This document shows, one piece after another, positions 1 to 10,241 of a DNA stretch of 64,000 bases. Numbering within the stretch: position 1 is the first letter of the stretch; the number at the start of each line of letters is the position of its first letter. Made by a program: the position numbers and the translations under genes. The DNA is from Turneriella sp. (GTDB lineage Bacteria > Spirochaetota > Leptospiria > Turneriellales > Turneriellaceae): contig CBDIID010000003.1 of the NCBI GenBank assembly GCA_965279515.1, positions 1,792,001 to 1,856,000 of the forward strand, in the 5' to 3' direction. The notes beneath the pieces were generated by a model. The model was given only the letters and a program-made list of their open reading frames with translations, ran no database searches and was not told the origin of the DNA.

Positions 1-1
1 C

Positions 2-2686
2 AGCCCGCAGTTCGGCATTGCGCGCGACTTCCTGCGCGAATCCAATATGTTTTCGCAGCTGTTGTTTGGCAATGGCAAAGCGAAGACCGACTTCACAACA
101 AAGTTCACGGCCTTAAACCAGGTGATCGGCGCGTACTGGGGTCCGCAGGAATCTCCGCTCGACATTCTCGGCATCAATCTTTCCGAAGCAACAACGCGGG
201 TTGACTTTTATTCGACGGCCTTCCAAACCACAAACTCCAGCAAATCGGATCTCGATGTGCCGCAGGTGTTGCAACGACTGGAGTCGGCGAAAGGTATTCC
301 ACTAAAGAAATATTTTTCGAGCCAGGCGCTTTTTGACGGGTCTTCAAAAGCCTATACACTAAATAATCCCTACCAGTATTTGAACAACAGCGTCGCGATC
401 GGCGCAAATATTTTCGTCGTCGACCGGGGATTATCTTCGGCGAAAACACTGATCTACACGGGCTCGCTGCGCTCGCAGGCCAATTCTTCTGACGATGGAG
501 TGCTATTAGAGCTGAGAGGCAAGTACGCCGCGGAAATTGTTGGGGCGTATCTGGATAAAATCGGCACCGTTTCCACGATCGTCAGCAATAGCGGCGATAC
601 TGGAGCAGATAAGGATGTTGTTATCAGCGAGTTGCACTGGATGGGTTCCTATTCCAATGCTCTGACTTCCGATTCAACGGATGAGTTTGTTGAATTCTAT
701 AACAATAAATCCGTTGCCGTAAATGTGAGTGGCTGGAAATTTGTATGTACGACAGACGGCTCAACAGCTAACACCTCTATTACACTGCCTTCAGGTGCGC
801 TCATCGCCCCCGGAGGATTCTTCGTTGTCGCCAGCAAATCGACGGGCGCCTTCCCAACCGCCAATTATTATGACAATAAAGTAAACACGACGAATGGCTC
901 GATACAATGCCGGCTCGGGGACGGAAAAACCCCGGCGGCAATGTACGCAGTGGCGAATTTTGGTACCCTTATCGATACCGCAGGGGCTGGAACAGCATTT
1001 GATACAGTCGCGAATATGGGAACTAATGATAGTACCAACAAGATCAGGCGGAGTATGGAGCGTGTAAACACGACCACTGACGGCAATAACACAACCAACT
1101 GGCAGGCCAATGTATACAGCGCTAGCCAGAACACCGGCGTCGCAGCATCGTTCCGCGACCAGACCTTCGCCTCACCCGGCGCTGGTCTTTCAACCGTTCT
1201 CGTCGCGCCCGGCACCTTTAAGATCACGGAGATCAGCATCGACGGCAGCGGAGACAGCGTAGAGCTGCGCTGCATTGCGGGCGGCAGCATCGCCGGTTTC
1301 AAACTCAATTTATCCAATAGCCTGCGCTATACTTTCCCATCGGCAACCTTTGTTGCTGGCGACATCATTGTCTTCCATGCACAGGCGGCGGGCACAGACG
1401 AAACCGGGGGAAATCCCACGGCAAGCGGCGATGTCGGCGCCACGGCGGGCTATGATTTCTGGCAGGCCGGCTCTTCGATCACATCAACCGACGCCGAGGT
1501 GGAACTCACCACCAGCGGCAGTGTGAGTCAGGACTATGTCGCATGGACCGACGGTGTCTTCGGTTCAGGGCAGTCGGCGCGGGTGGATGCGCATATTTCC
1601 AGCTCGCACTGGACCAAGGCAACGGGCACCCTAGCCGAAACCGACCTCATTGATTCGGCGATTGACGATAGCAGCCTCTGCCTGCAACGCGTGAACACCG
1701 GGGCCGGCACTGCACATACAGATACAGACTCGCGCAGCGACTGGATCGGCGGCACCTGCAATCTCGGCACAAACCAAAGCACGACAGCCCCTGCTTTCAA
1801 CGTCGCGTCGGCCATCGCGAACGTCGACAACACCCATGTCACCGTTACCTTCGGCAGCGCACCAAACGCCACTCAATCTCAGGTCGCGGGAAATTACTGT
1901 ATTTCTTTTTCCGCCGAAGCGGATTGCAGCGGCCCCGATCTGACCATTTCCGGCGCCACGCTTTCAGGCAACACCGTCACACTGACGACTTCGGCGCAGG
2001 GCGCCGGCACGGGATACCGCGTCTATGTGACGGGAGTTATAGCAGCTGCGGGTGCTGCCAGCCTGACGACAAGCTCAGCGGCATTTACAGGTTTTCTGAC
2101 TCCGGCCACGCTCGTTATTAATGAAGTTGCGCCCAACGAAGCCTCGAGTCGCGATCTCATTGAACTCTATGCGGTGACGGCTGGCACGGTCAACGGGCTC
2201 GAGATTTTCGAGGGTGGTACTTCCGTCAAAGTATTACCGAATACAGTTGTAGCAGCCGGCGATTATCTCGTGGTTCATATCAACGCAGCGGGCACCGACG
2301 AGACCACAACAAAGACCCAGTCTGCGGACGCAGGTAACATCGCCGGCGCCTGGGATTTCTGGTCAGCAGATACCGGCCTTACAGGTACGGATAATGCAAT
2401 CATTCTGAAAAACTCCGGCGGCACGATCTTAGATGCCTGCATCTTCGGGAATACTTCCGCTACCTGGACAGGACCAACAATCAGCACAGTAATCGACCCC
2501 GTTATTACTGCGGGTCAGTGGACCAAGGCGGGCGGAACATTCATCGAAAGCGATGCCGTAAACCATGCGACATCGATACCTGCAGGTTCTTCGTTTAGAA
2601 GATCACCCAACGCGAGTGATACCAACAACTCGCGTCTCGACTGGACCTCGGCTGCCGGGCTAACGATCGGTTCGGCGAACCCCTAA
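2..2686 (+). CDS. Large secreted/surface protein, 5' truncated by the window: degenerate phospholipase D-like domain followed by three lamin-tail (LTD)-like domains
   Basis: Frame is open from base 2, upstream of the ATG at 47. LTD-type starts VVISELHWMG..DEFVEFYN, FKITEI..VELRC and LVINEV..LIELY. Thr/Ser/Gly-rich composition. Confidence 0.7.
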   Translation, partial: SPQFGIARDFLRESNMFSQLLFGNGKAKTDFTTKFTALNQVIGAYWGPQESPLDILGINLSEATTRVDFYSTAFQTTNSSKSDLDVPQVLQRLESAKGIPLKKYFSSQALFDGSSKAYTLNNPYQYLNNSVAIGANIFVVDRGLSSAKTLIYTGSLRSQANSSDDGVLLELRGKYAAEIVGAYLDKIGTVSTIVSNSGDTGADKDVVISELHWMGSYSNALTSDSTDEFVEFYNNKSVAVNVSGWKFVCTTDGSTANTSITLPSGALIAPGGFFVVASKSTGAFPTANYYDNKVNTTNGSIQCRLGDGKTPAAMYAVANFGTLIDTAGAGTAFDTVANMGTNDSTNKIRRSMERVNTTTDGNNTTNWQANVYSASQNTGVAASFRDQTFASPGAGLSTVLVAPGTFKITEISIDGSGDSVELRCIAGGSIAGFKLNLSNSLRYTFPSATFVAGDIIVFHAQAAGTDETGGNPTASGDVGATAGYDFWQAGSSITSTDAEVELTTSGSVSQDYVAWTDGVFGSGQSARVDAHISSSHWTKATGTLAETDLIDSAIDDSSLCLQRVNTGAGTAHTDTDSRSDWIGGTCNLGTNQSTTAPAFNVASAIANVDNTHVTVTFGSAPNATQSQVAGNYCISFSAEADCSGPDLTISGATLSGNTVTLTTSAQGAGTGYRVYVTGVIAAAGAASLTTSSAAFTGFLTPATLVINEVAPNEASSRDLIELYAVTAGTVNGLEIFEGGTSVKVLPNTVVAAGDYLVVHINAAGTDETTTKTQSADAGNIAGAWDFWSADTGLTGTDNAIILKNSGGTILDACIFGNTSATWTGPTISTVIDPVITAGQWTKAGGTFIESDAVNHATSIPAGSSFRRSPNASDTNNSRLDWTSAAGLTIGSANP

Positions 2687-3465
2687 AAGCCGCGGCCCCA
2701 GAACATCACCAGAAAGATAATACCCACGACGATGCGGTAGATCCCAAACGCGAAAAATCCGCGTTTGGAAATAAAACCGACGAAAAACCGGACGGCGATG
2801 AGGGCGCAGGCAAACGCGACGATTGCGCCGATCGCCAAAAGGTCCAGGTGCGATGCATTCAGCGAACCGCGGTTCTTATAGAGATCATAACCCGTCGCCA
2901 CAACCATCGTCGGTACCGCGAGTAAGAACGAGAACTCGACCGCGCGCACGCGGTTAAGCCCCATCACCAGGCCGCCGCCAATCGTCGCCGCCGCGCGCGA
3001 CACGCCAGGAATCATCGAGATGGTCTGGAAGATACCAATGATAAACGCACTTTTAGGCGAGACCTCGGTCTCATGGCCACCCGCCTGGTGTTCGTTCTTT
3101 GCCGCGAGACGATCGAAAAACAATAACACAACGCCGCCAACAATCAGCGCAACCGAGACCGAAACGGGGTTAAAGAGCAGGGCCTTGATATATTTATAAA
3201 GAAGCAAACCAGCGACGCCTGTGGGCACGAACGCGATCGCGAGAATGAAGTAGAGCCGGGGTTCTTTCAGGAAGCGGCGGATATAGAGCAGCATGACCGC
3301 GGCAATCGCGCCCAGCTGGATGGCAATTTCAAAGGTCTTGACAAACTCATTGTCCTGGATTTTCATCAGGGAACCGGCAAGAATCATGTGGCCGGTGGAA
3401 GATACGGGTAAAAACTCGGTAATACCCTCGACAATGCCGAGGATTACCGCTTGAAAAGCTGTCAT
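2683..3465 (-). CDS. uppP: Undecaprenyl-diphosphate phosphatase
   Basis: GIVEGITEFLPVSSTGH and PGVSRAAATI motifs; multi-TM. Confidence 0.95.
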   Translation of the reverse strand: MTAFQAVILGIVEGITEFLPVSSTGHMILAGSLMKIQDNEFVKTFEIAIQLGAIAAVMLLYIRRFLKEPRLYFILAIAFVPTGVAGLLLYKYIKALLFNPVSVSVALIVGGVVLLFFDRLAAKNEHQAGGHETEVSPKSAFIIGIFQTISMIPGVSRAAATIGGGLVMGLNRVRAVEFSFLLAVPTMVVATGYDLYKNRGSLNASHLDLLAIGAIVAFACALIAVRFFVGFISKRGFFAFGIYRIVVGIIFLVMFWGRGF

Positions 3466-3611
3466 CTAAGGGCGGTCAGGCCCGGGAAACGCCGGGTCAA
3501 GCTGCAATGCGCACCCGGATATTCGCACCGCAAGACATCCAAATCGCTTGTCAACCTGTCTGATTTCGGCAATTTGCCCCAAACACAAGGGAAAGTTAAA
3601 TAAAGGAAATT

Positions 3612-3878
3612 ATGCTCGCAACCGCAGATAAACAGGCTCTCATTGCCTCACACCAGAAAAGTTCAAAGGACACAGGTAGTGTCGAGGTACAGGTTGCGCT
3701 TCTGACCGAAAAGATTAACCGTCTGACCGGTCATTTTCAGGCACACGTCAAAGACCACCACTCACGCGTGGGTCTCTTGAAGATGGTCGGCAAGCGCCGC
3801 CGTCTGCTCGATTATCTGCGCCGTAACAGCGTCGACCGCTACAAGGCGATCATCGGCAAACTGAATCTCCGTAAGTAA
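3612..3878 (+). CDS. rpsO: 30S ribosomal protein S15
   Basis: [13 protein letters not shown]...[28 protein letters not shown] ribosome-binding site. Confidence 0.99.
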   Translation: MLATADKQALIASHQKSSKDTGSVEVQVALLTEKINRLTGHFQAHVKDHHSRVGLLKMVGKRRRLLDYLRRNSVDRYKAIIGKLNLRK

Positions 3879-3888
3879 CACCTTTGGG

Positions 3889-3961
3889 TTTGGGCTTCGG
3901 CCCAAAAATTTCGCAGCAATAAGATCAGGCGAGGTATATCCTCCCTTTATCTTATTGCTGC
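3889..3961 (+). promoter_or_regulatory. rpsO-pnp intergenic hairpins: a cUUCGg stem-loop and a long 13-bp stem (candidate RNase III/autoregulatory site)
   Basis: TTTGGGC-TTCG-GCCCAAA at 3889-3906; GCAGCAATAAGAT (3913-3925) pairs with ATCTTATTGCTGC (3949-3961). Confidence 0.7.
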
Positions 3962-3979
3962 ACTATTAAAGAAGGAAAC

Positions 3980-6091
3980 ATGCAACACGACTTCAAAGTT
4001 CACAAAGAAACCGTCGACGTTCAGGGTAAAACCTTTGAACTCGAAACCGGTAAATGGGCGCGCCAGGCCGACGGCAGCGTACTCCTCAAGTGGGGCAACA
4101 TGGTGCTCATGGCGAATGCCACGGGCGCTAAAAAAGCGGCGGAGAATCTCGACTTTTTCCCGATGACCGTCGAATACCGCGAGAAATATTATGCCGGCGG
4201 CCGTTTTCCCGGCGGCTTTATCAAGCGCGAAAACCGCCTTTCAGAAAAAGAAATTCTCACCTCACGCGTTATCGACCGCCCGATTCGCCCGCTGTTCCCC
4301 GAAAATTTTACCAACGAAGTGCAGATCTTCATCACGCTCTTGAGCGCGCAGAAGAACTACAGCGCCGACGTGCACGCAATCACGGCGGCATCCGCGGCAC
4401 TCTCGATATCAGGCCTGCCCTTTGACGGCCCGGTTGCCGGTGTGCGGATTGCCCGCGTTGCCGGTAAATTTATCCTGTTCCCTAACCGCGACGAAATCAA
4501 GGCCTCAGACATCAACCTCGCGCTCGCGGGTACGATCAAGGCCGTAACGATGATCGAAGGGCTCGCCGACGAAGCCTCTGAAGAAGACATGATCGCCGCG
4601 GTAAAATTCGGCCACCAGGAAATCATCCGCCTGTGCGAAATGCAGGTCAAATTCAAAGAAAAAGCCGGCAAACCCCGCATGGCAGTTGCAGAACCCGAAA
4701 ACCACGCGGCGCTGATTGAAAAAATCCGTGGTATCGGTCTTGCCGACATGAAAGCCGCAAACGAGAAAAAAGGCAAGTTCGACCGCCAGACAGCGATCGA
4801 CGAAACGAAAAAAGCCCTCAACGAAAAGATGAAGGCGGAGTTTGCTGCGCTCGAAAAAGCCGAAGCCGAGAAAAAGGAAAAAATCGCAAAAACGATCATC
4901 AGCGACCTCGAAGTTGACGTCGTGCGCGACCAGATTTTCCACGACGGCATCCGTGCTGACGGCCGCAAACTCGACGAGATCCGCGCGATTTCGATCGAAG
5001 TCGGTGTACTGCCTTCAGCTCACGGTTCAGCACTCTTCACACGCGGTGAAACCCAGTCGCTGGGTGTTCTGACTCTGGGTACAGAATCGAATGCACAGGA
5101 TACTGATGACGTTGAAGGCGAAAGCTCTTCACGCTTCTACCTCCATTACAACTTTCCCCCTTACTCAGTGGGTGAAGTCCGCCGTTTTGGCGCGCCGGGC
5201 CGCCGCGAAATCGGTCACGGTAAACTCGCCGAAAACTCAATCGCTCCGATTGTTCCCGATGCAGGTCGCTTCCCTTACGTAATGCGCCTTGTTTCTGAAA
5301 TTACCGAATCGAACGGCTCGTCTTCGATGGCATCGGTGTGCTCCGGCGCGCTGGCGCTCATGGACGGCGGCGTGCCGATCAAGGCACCCGTTGCAGGTAT
5401 TGCGATGGGTCTCATCACCAGCGGCGATAAATTCGCTGTCCTGTCTGATATCGCGGGTCTCGAAGACCACTTCGGTGACATGGACTTCAAAATCGCCGGT
5501 TCGACCAAAGGCATCACAGGCTTCCAGCTCGATACCAAAGTACAGGGCATCAGCTATGAGATCATGGAAAAGGCGATCCACCAGGCAAAAGCCGGCCGCC
5601 TCCATATCCTGAAACTCATGAATGAAGTGATCGAGAAGCCGCGCGGCGACCTGAAAGACAGCGCGCCACGCATTACAACGCTCACGATCGACCGTGACCG
5701 CATCGGCGAACTCATCGGGCCAGGTGGTAAAAACATCCGCGGCATCATTGAGAAGACCGGCGCTGAAATCAACGTCGACGACAATGGTCTCGTACAGATC
5801 GCATCGAACGACGGCGAATCTGCGCGCAAGGCACGCGCGATGATCGAAGGCCAGTTTGCCGATGCCGAAATCGGCAAGATCTACGAAGGCACAGTGCGCA
5901 AGATCACTGACTTCGGCGCCTTCATCGAAATCATGCCGGGCCGCGATGGTCTCTGCCACATCAGCAAGGTGTCGGCGCAGCGCATCGCCAATGTCGCTGA
6001 TGTGCTGAAAGAAGGCCAAGCGGTGAAGGTAAAAGTCCTCGCGATCGACCGCCAGGGCAAAATCTCCCTGTCTATCCGGGACGCGGAATAA
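3980..6091 (+). CDS. pnp: Polyribonucleotide nucleotidyltransferase (PNPase)
   Basis: GRFPGGFIKRE, RREIGHG, ESNGSSSMAS, GDMDFK motifs; KH and S1 domains; follows rpsO. Confidence 0.99.
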   Translation: MQHDFKVHKETVDVQGKTFELETGKWARQADGSVLLKWGNMVLMANATGAKKAAENLDFFPMTVEYREKYYAGGRFPGGFIKRENRLSEKEILTSRVIDRPIRPLFPENFTNEVQIFITLLSAQKNYSADVHAITAASAALSISGLPFDGPVAGVRIARVAGKFILFPNRDEIKASDINLALAGTIKAVTMIEGLADEASEEDMIAAVKFGHQEIIRLCEMQVKFKEKAGKPRMAVAEPENHAALIEKIRGIGLADMKAANEKKGKFDRQTAIDETKKALNEKMKAEFAALEKAEAEKKEKIAKTIISDLEVDVVRDQIFHDGIRADGRKLDEIRAISIEVGVLPSAHGSALFTRGETQSLGVLTLGTESNAQDTDDVEGESSSRFYLHYNFPPYSVGEVRRFGAPGRREIGHGKLAENSIAPIVPDAGRFPYVMRLVSEITESNGSSSMASVCSGALALMDGGVPIKAPVAGIAMGLITSGDKFAVLSDIAGLEDHFGDMDFKIAGSTKGITGFQLDTKVQGISYEIMEKAIHQAKAGRLHILKLMNEVIEKPRGDLKDSAPRITTLTIDRDRIGELIGPGGKNIRGIIEKTGAEINVDDNGLVQIASNDGESARKARAMIEGQFADAEIGKIYEGTVRKITDFGAFIEIMPGRDGLCHISKVSAQRIANVADVLKEGQAVKVKVLAIDRQGKISLSIRDAE

Positions 6092-6122
6092 TCCGCCGTC
6101 GCCGGATAGGTTAGCGTCAGCC

Positions 6123-7481
6123 ATGCGTTGGATGAGCATCAAACCTAAACCGGCGGTGGAAAAAATCCGCCTCGGCAACGGGCTAACCGTTCTTCTCGAG
6201 AATATTCCGCACCGCACGAGCGCGACCGTTGGCATCTGGCTGCCGGTCGGCTCGCGTTTTGAAACCCAGCGCGAATCGGGGTATTCTCACTTTGTGGAGC
6301 ACATGCTCTTCAAGGGCACCAAAAAGCGCCACTACACCGAACTTTCGCGCGCGATTGACCGTCTGGGCGGGCATCTGAATGCCTCGACGAGCAAAGAAAT
6401 CACCGACTACTATATCAGCCTCAGCGGGCGGCACTTGCCGGTCGCGCTCGATGTGCTCGCCGACATGTTCTTCGATTCGCTGTTCAGCAAAGAGGAATTT
6501 GAATCTGAGAAAAAGGTGATTGTCGAAGAGCTCAAGATGGGCGAAGACCAGCCGGATGATTTTCTGTTCGACCTGTTCTACCAGCATCAGATCGGCGACA
6601 ACTCGCTGGGCCGCCCGATCGCCGGCACACCGCGCGGCATCAGCCGCACCTCGCGTGACGATCTCTATAACTATTACCGCGGGCATTATGGTCCCGAAGG
6701 CGCCGTGCTTTCGCTGGCGGGCGCGCTCTATAGCTCAAGCGCAGAGAAGAAGGCGCTTTTGCTGGAAATTTCTGCACACTTTGACCGCAAAGACCATGGC
6801 CTCGAAGGCAAACCTGGATTCAAAGGCGAAAGATTTTCAACCCCCGAGTTTCAATCCCCGCGCCTGATGAAGCAGAAGAATCTCACGCACCAGGCGAAAA
6901 AGCTCGAACAGGTCAGCTTTGTCATTTCACTGCCCGGCACTAAAACCGAACTCGACCAGGCTGCAGACCTGCCTGTGCTCACACATTATCTCGGCGGCAC
7001 AATGTCGTCACGGCTCTTTGTCGAGCTGCGTGAGAAAAAAGGCCTCTGCTATTCGGTCAGCACATTCCATTCGCAATTTTTACACGAAGGCATCTGGGGT
7101 ATTTTTTGTGCCACCTCACCCGATAAATATGCCACAGCTGTCGAAACCGCGATGGGTGAAATCAATGCGCTTGCATCGGGCATCGACGGCGGCGACATCG
7201 AAGAAAGTAAGTCGGGTCTCAAAGGTTCCATCGAACTGTCCATGGAAAGTGCTCACCGGCGCGCGAGTTATAATGCGCGGATGCACCTCTACCACGATGT
7301 GCAACGCGACTGGCGGGAATATCTGTCGAACATCGATCGCGTCACACCCGCGACATTCTTAACAGCAATCCGCCGGCTTTGGAAAGGTGCCTCGCCCGGC
7401 ATCACCAGTCTAGGCCCTAAGATTAGCGGCACGACGAAGAACCGGCTGCGCCGTTTGATTAATAGTCCGGTTTTGAACTGA
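6123..7481 (+). CDS. M16 (pitrilysin) family zinc peptidase; start may be ATG 6132
   Basis: HFVEH (HxxEH), LNASTSKE, SRLFVELREKKGLCY; usual position after pnp. Confidence 0.92.
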   Translation: MRWMSIKPKPAVEKIRLGNGLTVLLENIPHRTSATVGIWLPVGSRFETQRESGYSHFVEHMLFKGTKKRHYTELSRAIDRLGGHLNASTSKEITDYYISLSGRHLPVALDVLADMFFDSLFSKEEFESEKKVIVEELKMGEDQPDDFLFDLFYQHQIGDNSLGRPIAGTPRGISRTSRDDLYNYYRGHYGPEGAVLSLAGALYSSSAEKKALLLEISAHFDRKDHGLEGKPGFKGERFSTPEFQSPRLMKQKNLTHQAKKLEQVSFVISLPGTKTELDQAADLPVLTHYLGGTMSSRLFVELREKKGLCYSVSTFHSQFLHEGIWGIFCATSPDKYATAVETAMGEINALASGIDGGDIEESKSGLKGSIELSMESAHRRASYNARMHLYHDVQRDWREYLSNIDRVTPATFLTAIRRLWKGASPGITSLGPKISGTTKNRLRRLINSPVLN

Positions 7482-7537
7482 CGAGTTCGCGCTTAGAGCG
7501 ACCTCGTGTCGCGCGCGAACTTTGCACCTCGTGTGCT

Positions 7538-8605
7538 TCACTCACTCCGCGCACATCTGAATCCCGCGCGCCGGTCTTTCGCCAAACTTGGTATACCGCC
7601 CGCAAGGCGCGCATAACTTTTCGCCAGTTCCAGCGGCAACTCGTACGAACCGCCGCGGATTACCTTATAGCGTTTACCGAAACGTTCGTCACGACGCGTG
7701 TTGCCGCGGTAGGGCAAAAGCCAGCTCGACGTCCACTCCGCGGCGTTACCGCACATACCCGTAAGACCGAAGGCATTACCGTCCCTGAGTTTATCGACTT
7801 CGACGGGTACGGCGCCATTATCGCTGCTCACGCAGAGCTGTGATGCCTGCGCTTCCGGCACCGGAAAACTCTGCGCAGTCGAATACGTCTCATCCGCGGC
7901 GCTGACGATTTGTGTACCGCGAGCGGCCTTCTCCCACTCGAGTTCGGTCGGCAGCCGCTTGCCCGTCCAGGCGCAATAACCCTCGGCTTCGCGGTACGTC
8001 ATGTGCGTCAGCGGCAGGGCCGGGTTCATTTCAACCATACTGTCGGGAATTCTCTGCCGCGTCTCTTCGAGGTAACGTGTGTATTGGCCCACCGTCACTT
8101 CGTGCCGATCAATAAAAAAAGCAGCGACATCGATGCGGTTTCCCGGACGGCCTTCACGGTCGGCGGGGATAAAATGCAGTGCGGCAGTATCAGAGCTACC
8201 CAGGATAAACAGCCCCTCGGGAATGAACTGCATCGCGACCTTGTCGCGCAGGTTATACCCCACACCCGGCTCTTTAGCTGCCCGTGGCCGGTCGACGAGC
8301 GCACTGAACGAAGATTCTGCCGCCGAAAGCACGATACGGCGCCCGGCCGAAAGCGCGCGCCGCTTGCCTTCAAATGTAAAACTATAACGGATGCCCGAAT
8401 GTTTTTTCAGGTCTTTCGCCCACCCCATCATTTCACCAGCCTCGTTGAGCACGCGGTATTCGCGGTCAGCCGGCAGGCTTTCCTTTGCCTCAATCTCGGC
8501 CGTCTGCGTGACGGGATCAATGCGGTCGACGCGGGCAACGGTGCTGAACGATTTCGCGTTAAGGGTAAGGGTAAAAACAAGGCTGATAATCAGGGCGGAG
8601 CGCAC
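7538..8605 (-). CDS. Secreted FGE-sulfatase (SUMF1/EgtB/PvdO-like) domain protein
   Basis: Signal peptide; HEVT, RLPTELEWEKAARG, GMCGNAAEWT, RGGSY, GFRCA motifs. Confidence 0.88.
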   Translation of the reverse strand: MRSALIISLVFTLTLNAKSFSTVARVDRIDPVTQTAEIEAKESLPADREYRVLNEAGEMMGWAKDLKKHSGIRYSFTFEGKRRALSAGRRIVLSAAESSFSALVDRPRAAKEPGVGYNLRDKVAMQFIPEGLFILGSSDTAALHFIPADREGRPGNRIDVAAFFIDRHEVTVGQYTRYLEETRQRIPDSMVEMNPALPLTHMTYREAEGYCAWTGKRLPTELEWEKAARGTQIVSAADETYSTAQSFPVPEAQASQLCVSSDNGAVPVEVDKLRDGNAFGLTGMCGNAAEWTSSWLLPYRGNTRRDERFGKRYKVIRGGSYELPLELAKSYARLAGGIPSLAKDRRAGFRCARSE

Positions 8606-8641
8606 CCTTAATTATCGGCAATTTAGGCCCGGGGGTCGAGA

Positions 8642-9055
8642 TTAACACTTTAGGCCGTTTCCAAGCCGCAGGCGTACCCTGGTTCCGTGTAACGGCTTTG
8701 GGTAGGGATAGTCGCTGAGAAATTTAAGGAAATCCGCTTCCAGGCTCGTGGGAAATTCGCCCCCGCAGGCTTTCTTGCGGTTGATGCTCCCAATCTGCAC
8801 GGCACCCTGCTCATTCACCGCAAATGAAATATCCATAAAAAGTGAAGTACAGCTGGCGCAACTCAACGCGAGATGATGCTTCTTCAGAATTGCCGGAAAC
8901 CGGTGCCGCAGGAAACTGTCTTTGAGATCGCGCCACAACCGGCGTTCGCCTTGCGCTTTGGCATAATCGCTTTCATAGGGAGCTTGCGTGAGATCGGTTT
9001 CGACGCCGAGCAACGCCGTTGTTAAGAATAGAATCGCCGCGGCTTTCGCAGCCAT
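8642..9055 (-). CDS. Hypothetical exported protein
   Basis: Signal-like N-terminus; starts right after the argJ stop; Cys pairs. Confidence 0.6.
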   Translation of the reverse strand: MAAKAAAILFLTTALLGVETDLTQAPYESDYAKAQGERRLWRDLKDSFLRHRFPAILKKHHLALSCASCTSLFMDISFAVNEQGAVQIGSINRKKACGGEFPTSLEADFLKFLSDYPYPKPLHGTRVRLRLGNGLKC

Positions 9056-9056
9056 T

Positions 9057-10241
9057 TCACGTCGTATAATACGCGTTGATCTTGACGTAGTCTTCGGTAT
9101 AGTCGCAGCCGAAGACGGTCCAGGCTTTTTTGCCGGTACCCATGGAAATTTCGAGGTGGAGCTCCTCGTTCTGCTTCAGGTATTTCGAGAGCGCGGCCAG
9201 CTGGTCGTTGGTGTAAGATTTACCCCCCCAGCGGATTTTGATCTTTTCAGGCACGACTTTAACTCCCGGCGTCTTGCCGACTGCCATGAAGATACGCCCC
9301 CAGTTGGGATCACCTTTGTAGATCGCGGTTTTCACCAGCGGCGAATTGATGATGCTCTTGCCGATTGCCTTTGCGTGGTTCTCATTCGTACAATCTTTCA
9401 CAGTAACCTTAAAGAGTTTTGTCGCGCCCTCGCCGTCCCGCGCCAGCATGCGCGTCAGGTCAAGGGCCGCCTCTTGCAGGGCCTTGGCAAAAGCCGTCTC
9501 AGCCACCTTGCCCGCAAGCCCGTTCGCCATAATCAGCACGGTATCGGAGGTTGAGGTATCGGTGTCGACCGAGAGCGAATTGAAACTCGGTTCGATAGCT
9601 GCCTTGAGCAAACGGCGCAGCGTTGAAATCGGCAGTTCTGCGTCAGTGAAAAAATACGAGAGCATTGTCGCCATATTGGGTTCGATCATCCCCGAACCCT
9701 TGGCGACACCCACGAGCGTCGCCTTGCCGATCTTTTTCACAACGAATTTCGGAAAGGTATCGGTCGTCATGATCGCTTCGGCAAAACCTTCGAAGTCGGC
9801 GGGGTTCTTCAGTTTCCGGTGAAACCCTTTGATTGCAGTAATAATTTTATCCACGGGAATTCTGCGGCCGATGACGCCGGTCGATGACGGGAACACACGC
9901 GTGGGAAGAAAACCTGCCTCGGCGGCGATCGCCTTGCAGATATTGAGACAATCCTCATAACCCTGTTTGCCAGTGGCGACATTCGAATTTTTGGAGTTCA
10001 CGACGACGGCGCTGATTCTGCCACCCTTGATGTGTTTCATGCCGACGAGCACGGGGTTGCCCTTCACCTGGTTTTTCGTAAACACGGCGGCGGCAGATGC
10101 CGGCACGTCGGAGACCACGATACCGAGATCGAGGGAAGCGTCTTTGATACCGGCGTTGGTAATAAACGTACGAAAACCTTTGGGTGCGCCGGTTAGCTTT
10201 TTCGATTTAAATGCGGCAGTGATGGTCTTATTTTCTGTCAT
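9057..10241 (-). CDS. argJ: Bifunctional ornithine acetyltransferase/N-acetylglutamate synthase
   Basis: KGSGMIEPNMATML autocleavage motif, IMTTDT, DGEGATK, DPNWGRI. Confidence 0.97.
   Translation of the reverse strand: MTENKTITAAFKSKKLTGAPKGFRTFITNAGIKDASLDLGIVVSDVPASAAAVFTKNQVKGNPVLVGMKHIKGGRISAVVVNSKNSNVATGKQGYEDCLNICKAIAAEAGFLPTRVFPSSTGVIGRRIPVDKIITAIKGFHRKLKNPADFEGFAEAIMTTDTFPKFVVKKIGKATLVGVAKGSGMIEPNMATMLSYFFTDAELPISTLRRLLKAAIEPSFNSLSVDTDTSTSDTVLIMANGLAGKVAETAFAKALQEAALDLTRMLARDGEGATKLFKVTVKDCTNENHAKAIGKSIINSPLVKTAIYKGDPNWGRIFMAVGKTPGVKVVPEKIKIRWGGKSYTNDQLAALSKYLKQNEELHLEISMGTGKKAWTVFGCDYTEDYVKINAYYTT

Noticed and set aside
3540..3611. S15 autoregulatory leader RNA upstream of rpsO
   Set aside because: Expected by precedent, but no convincing structure could be folded by eye.
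5237..6235. 332-aa and other long antisense ORFs over pnp, argJ, the kinases and similar genes
   Set aside because: Shadow ORFs opposite well-supported genes, with no recognisable motifs.
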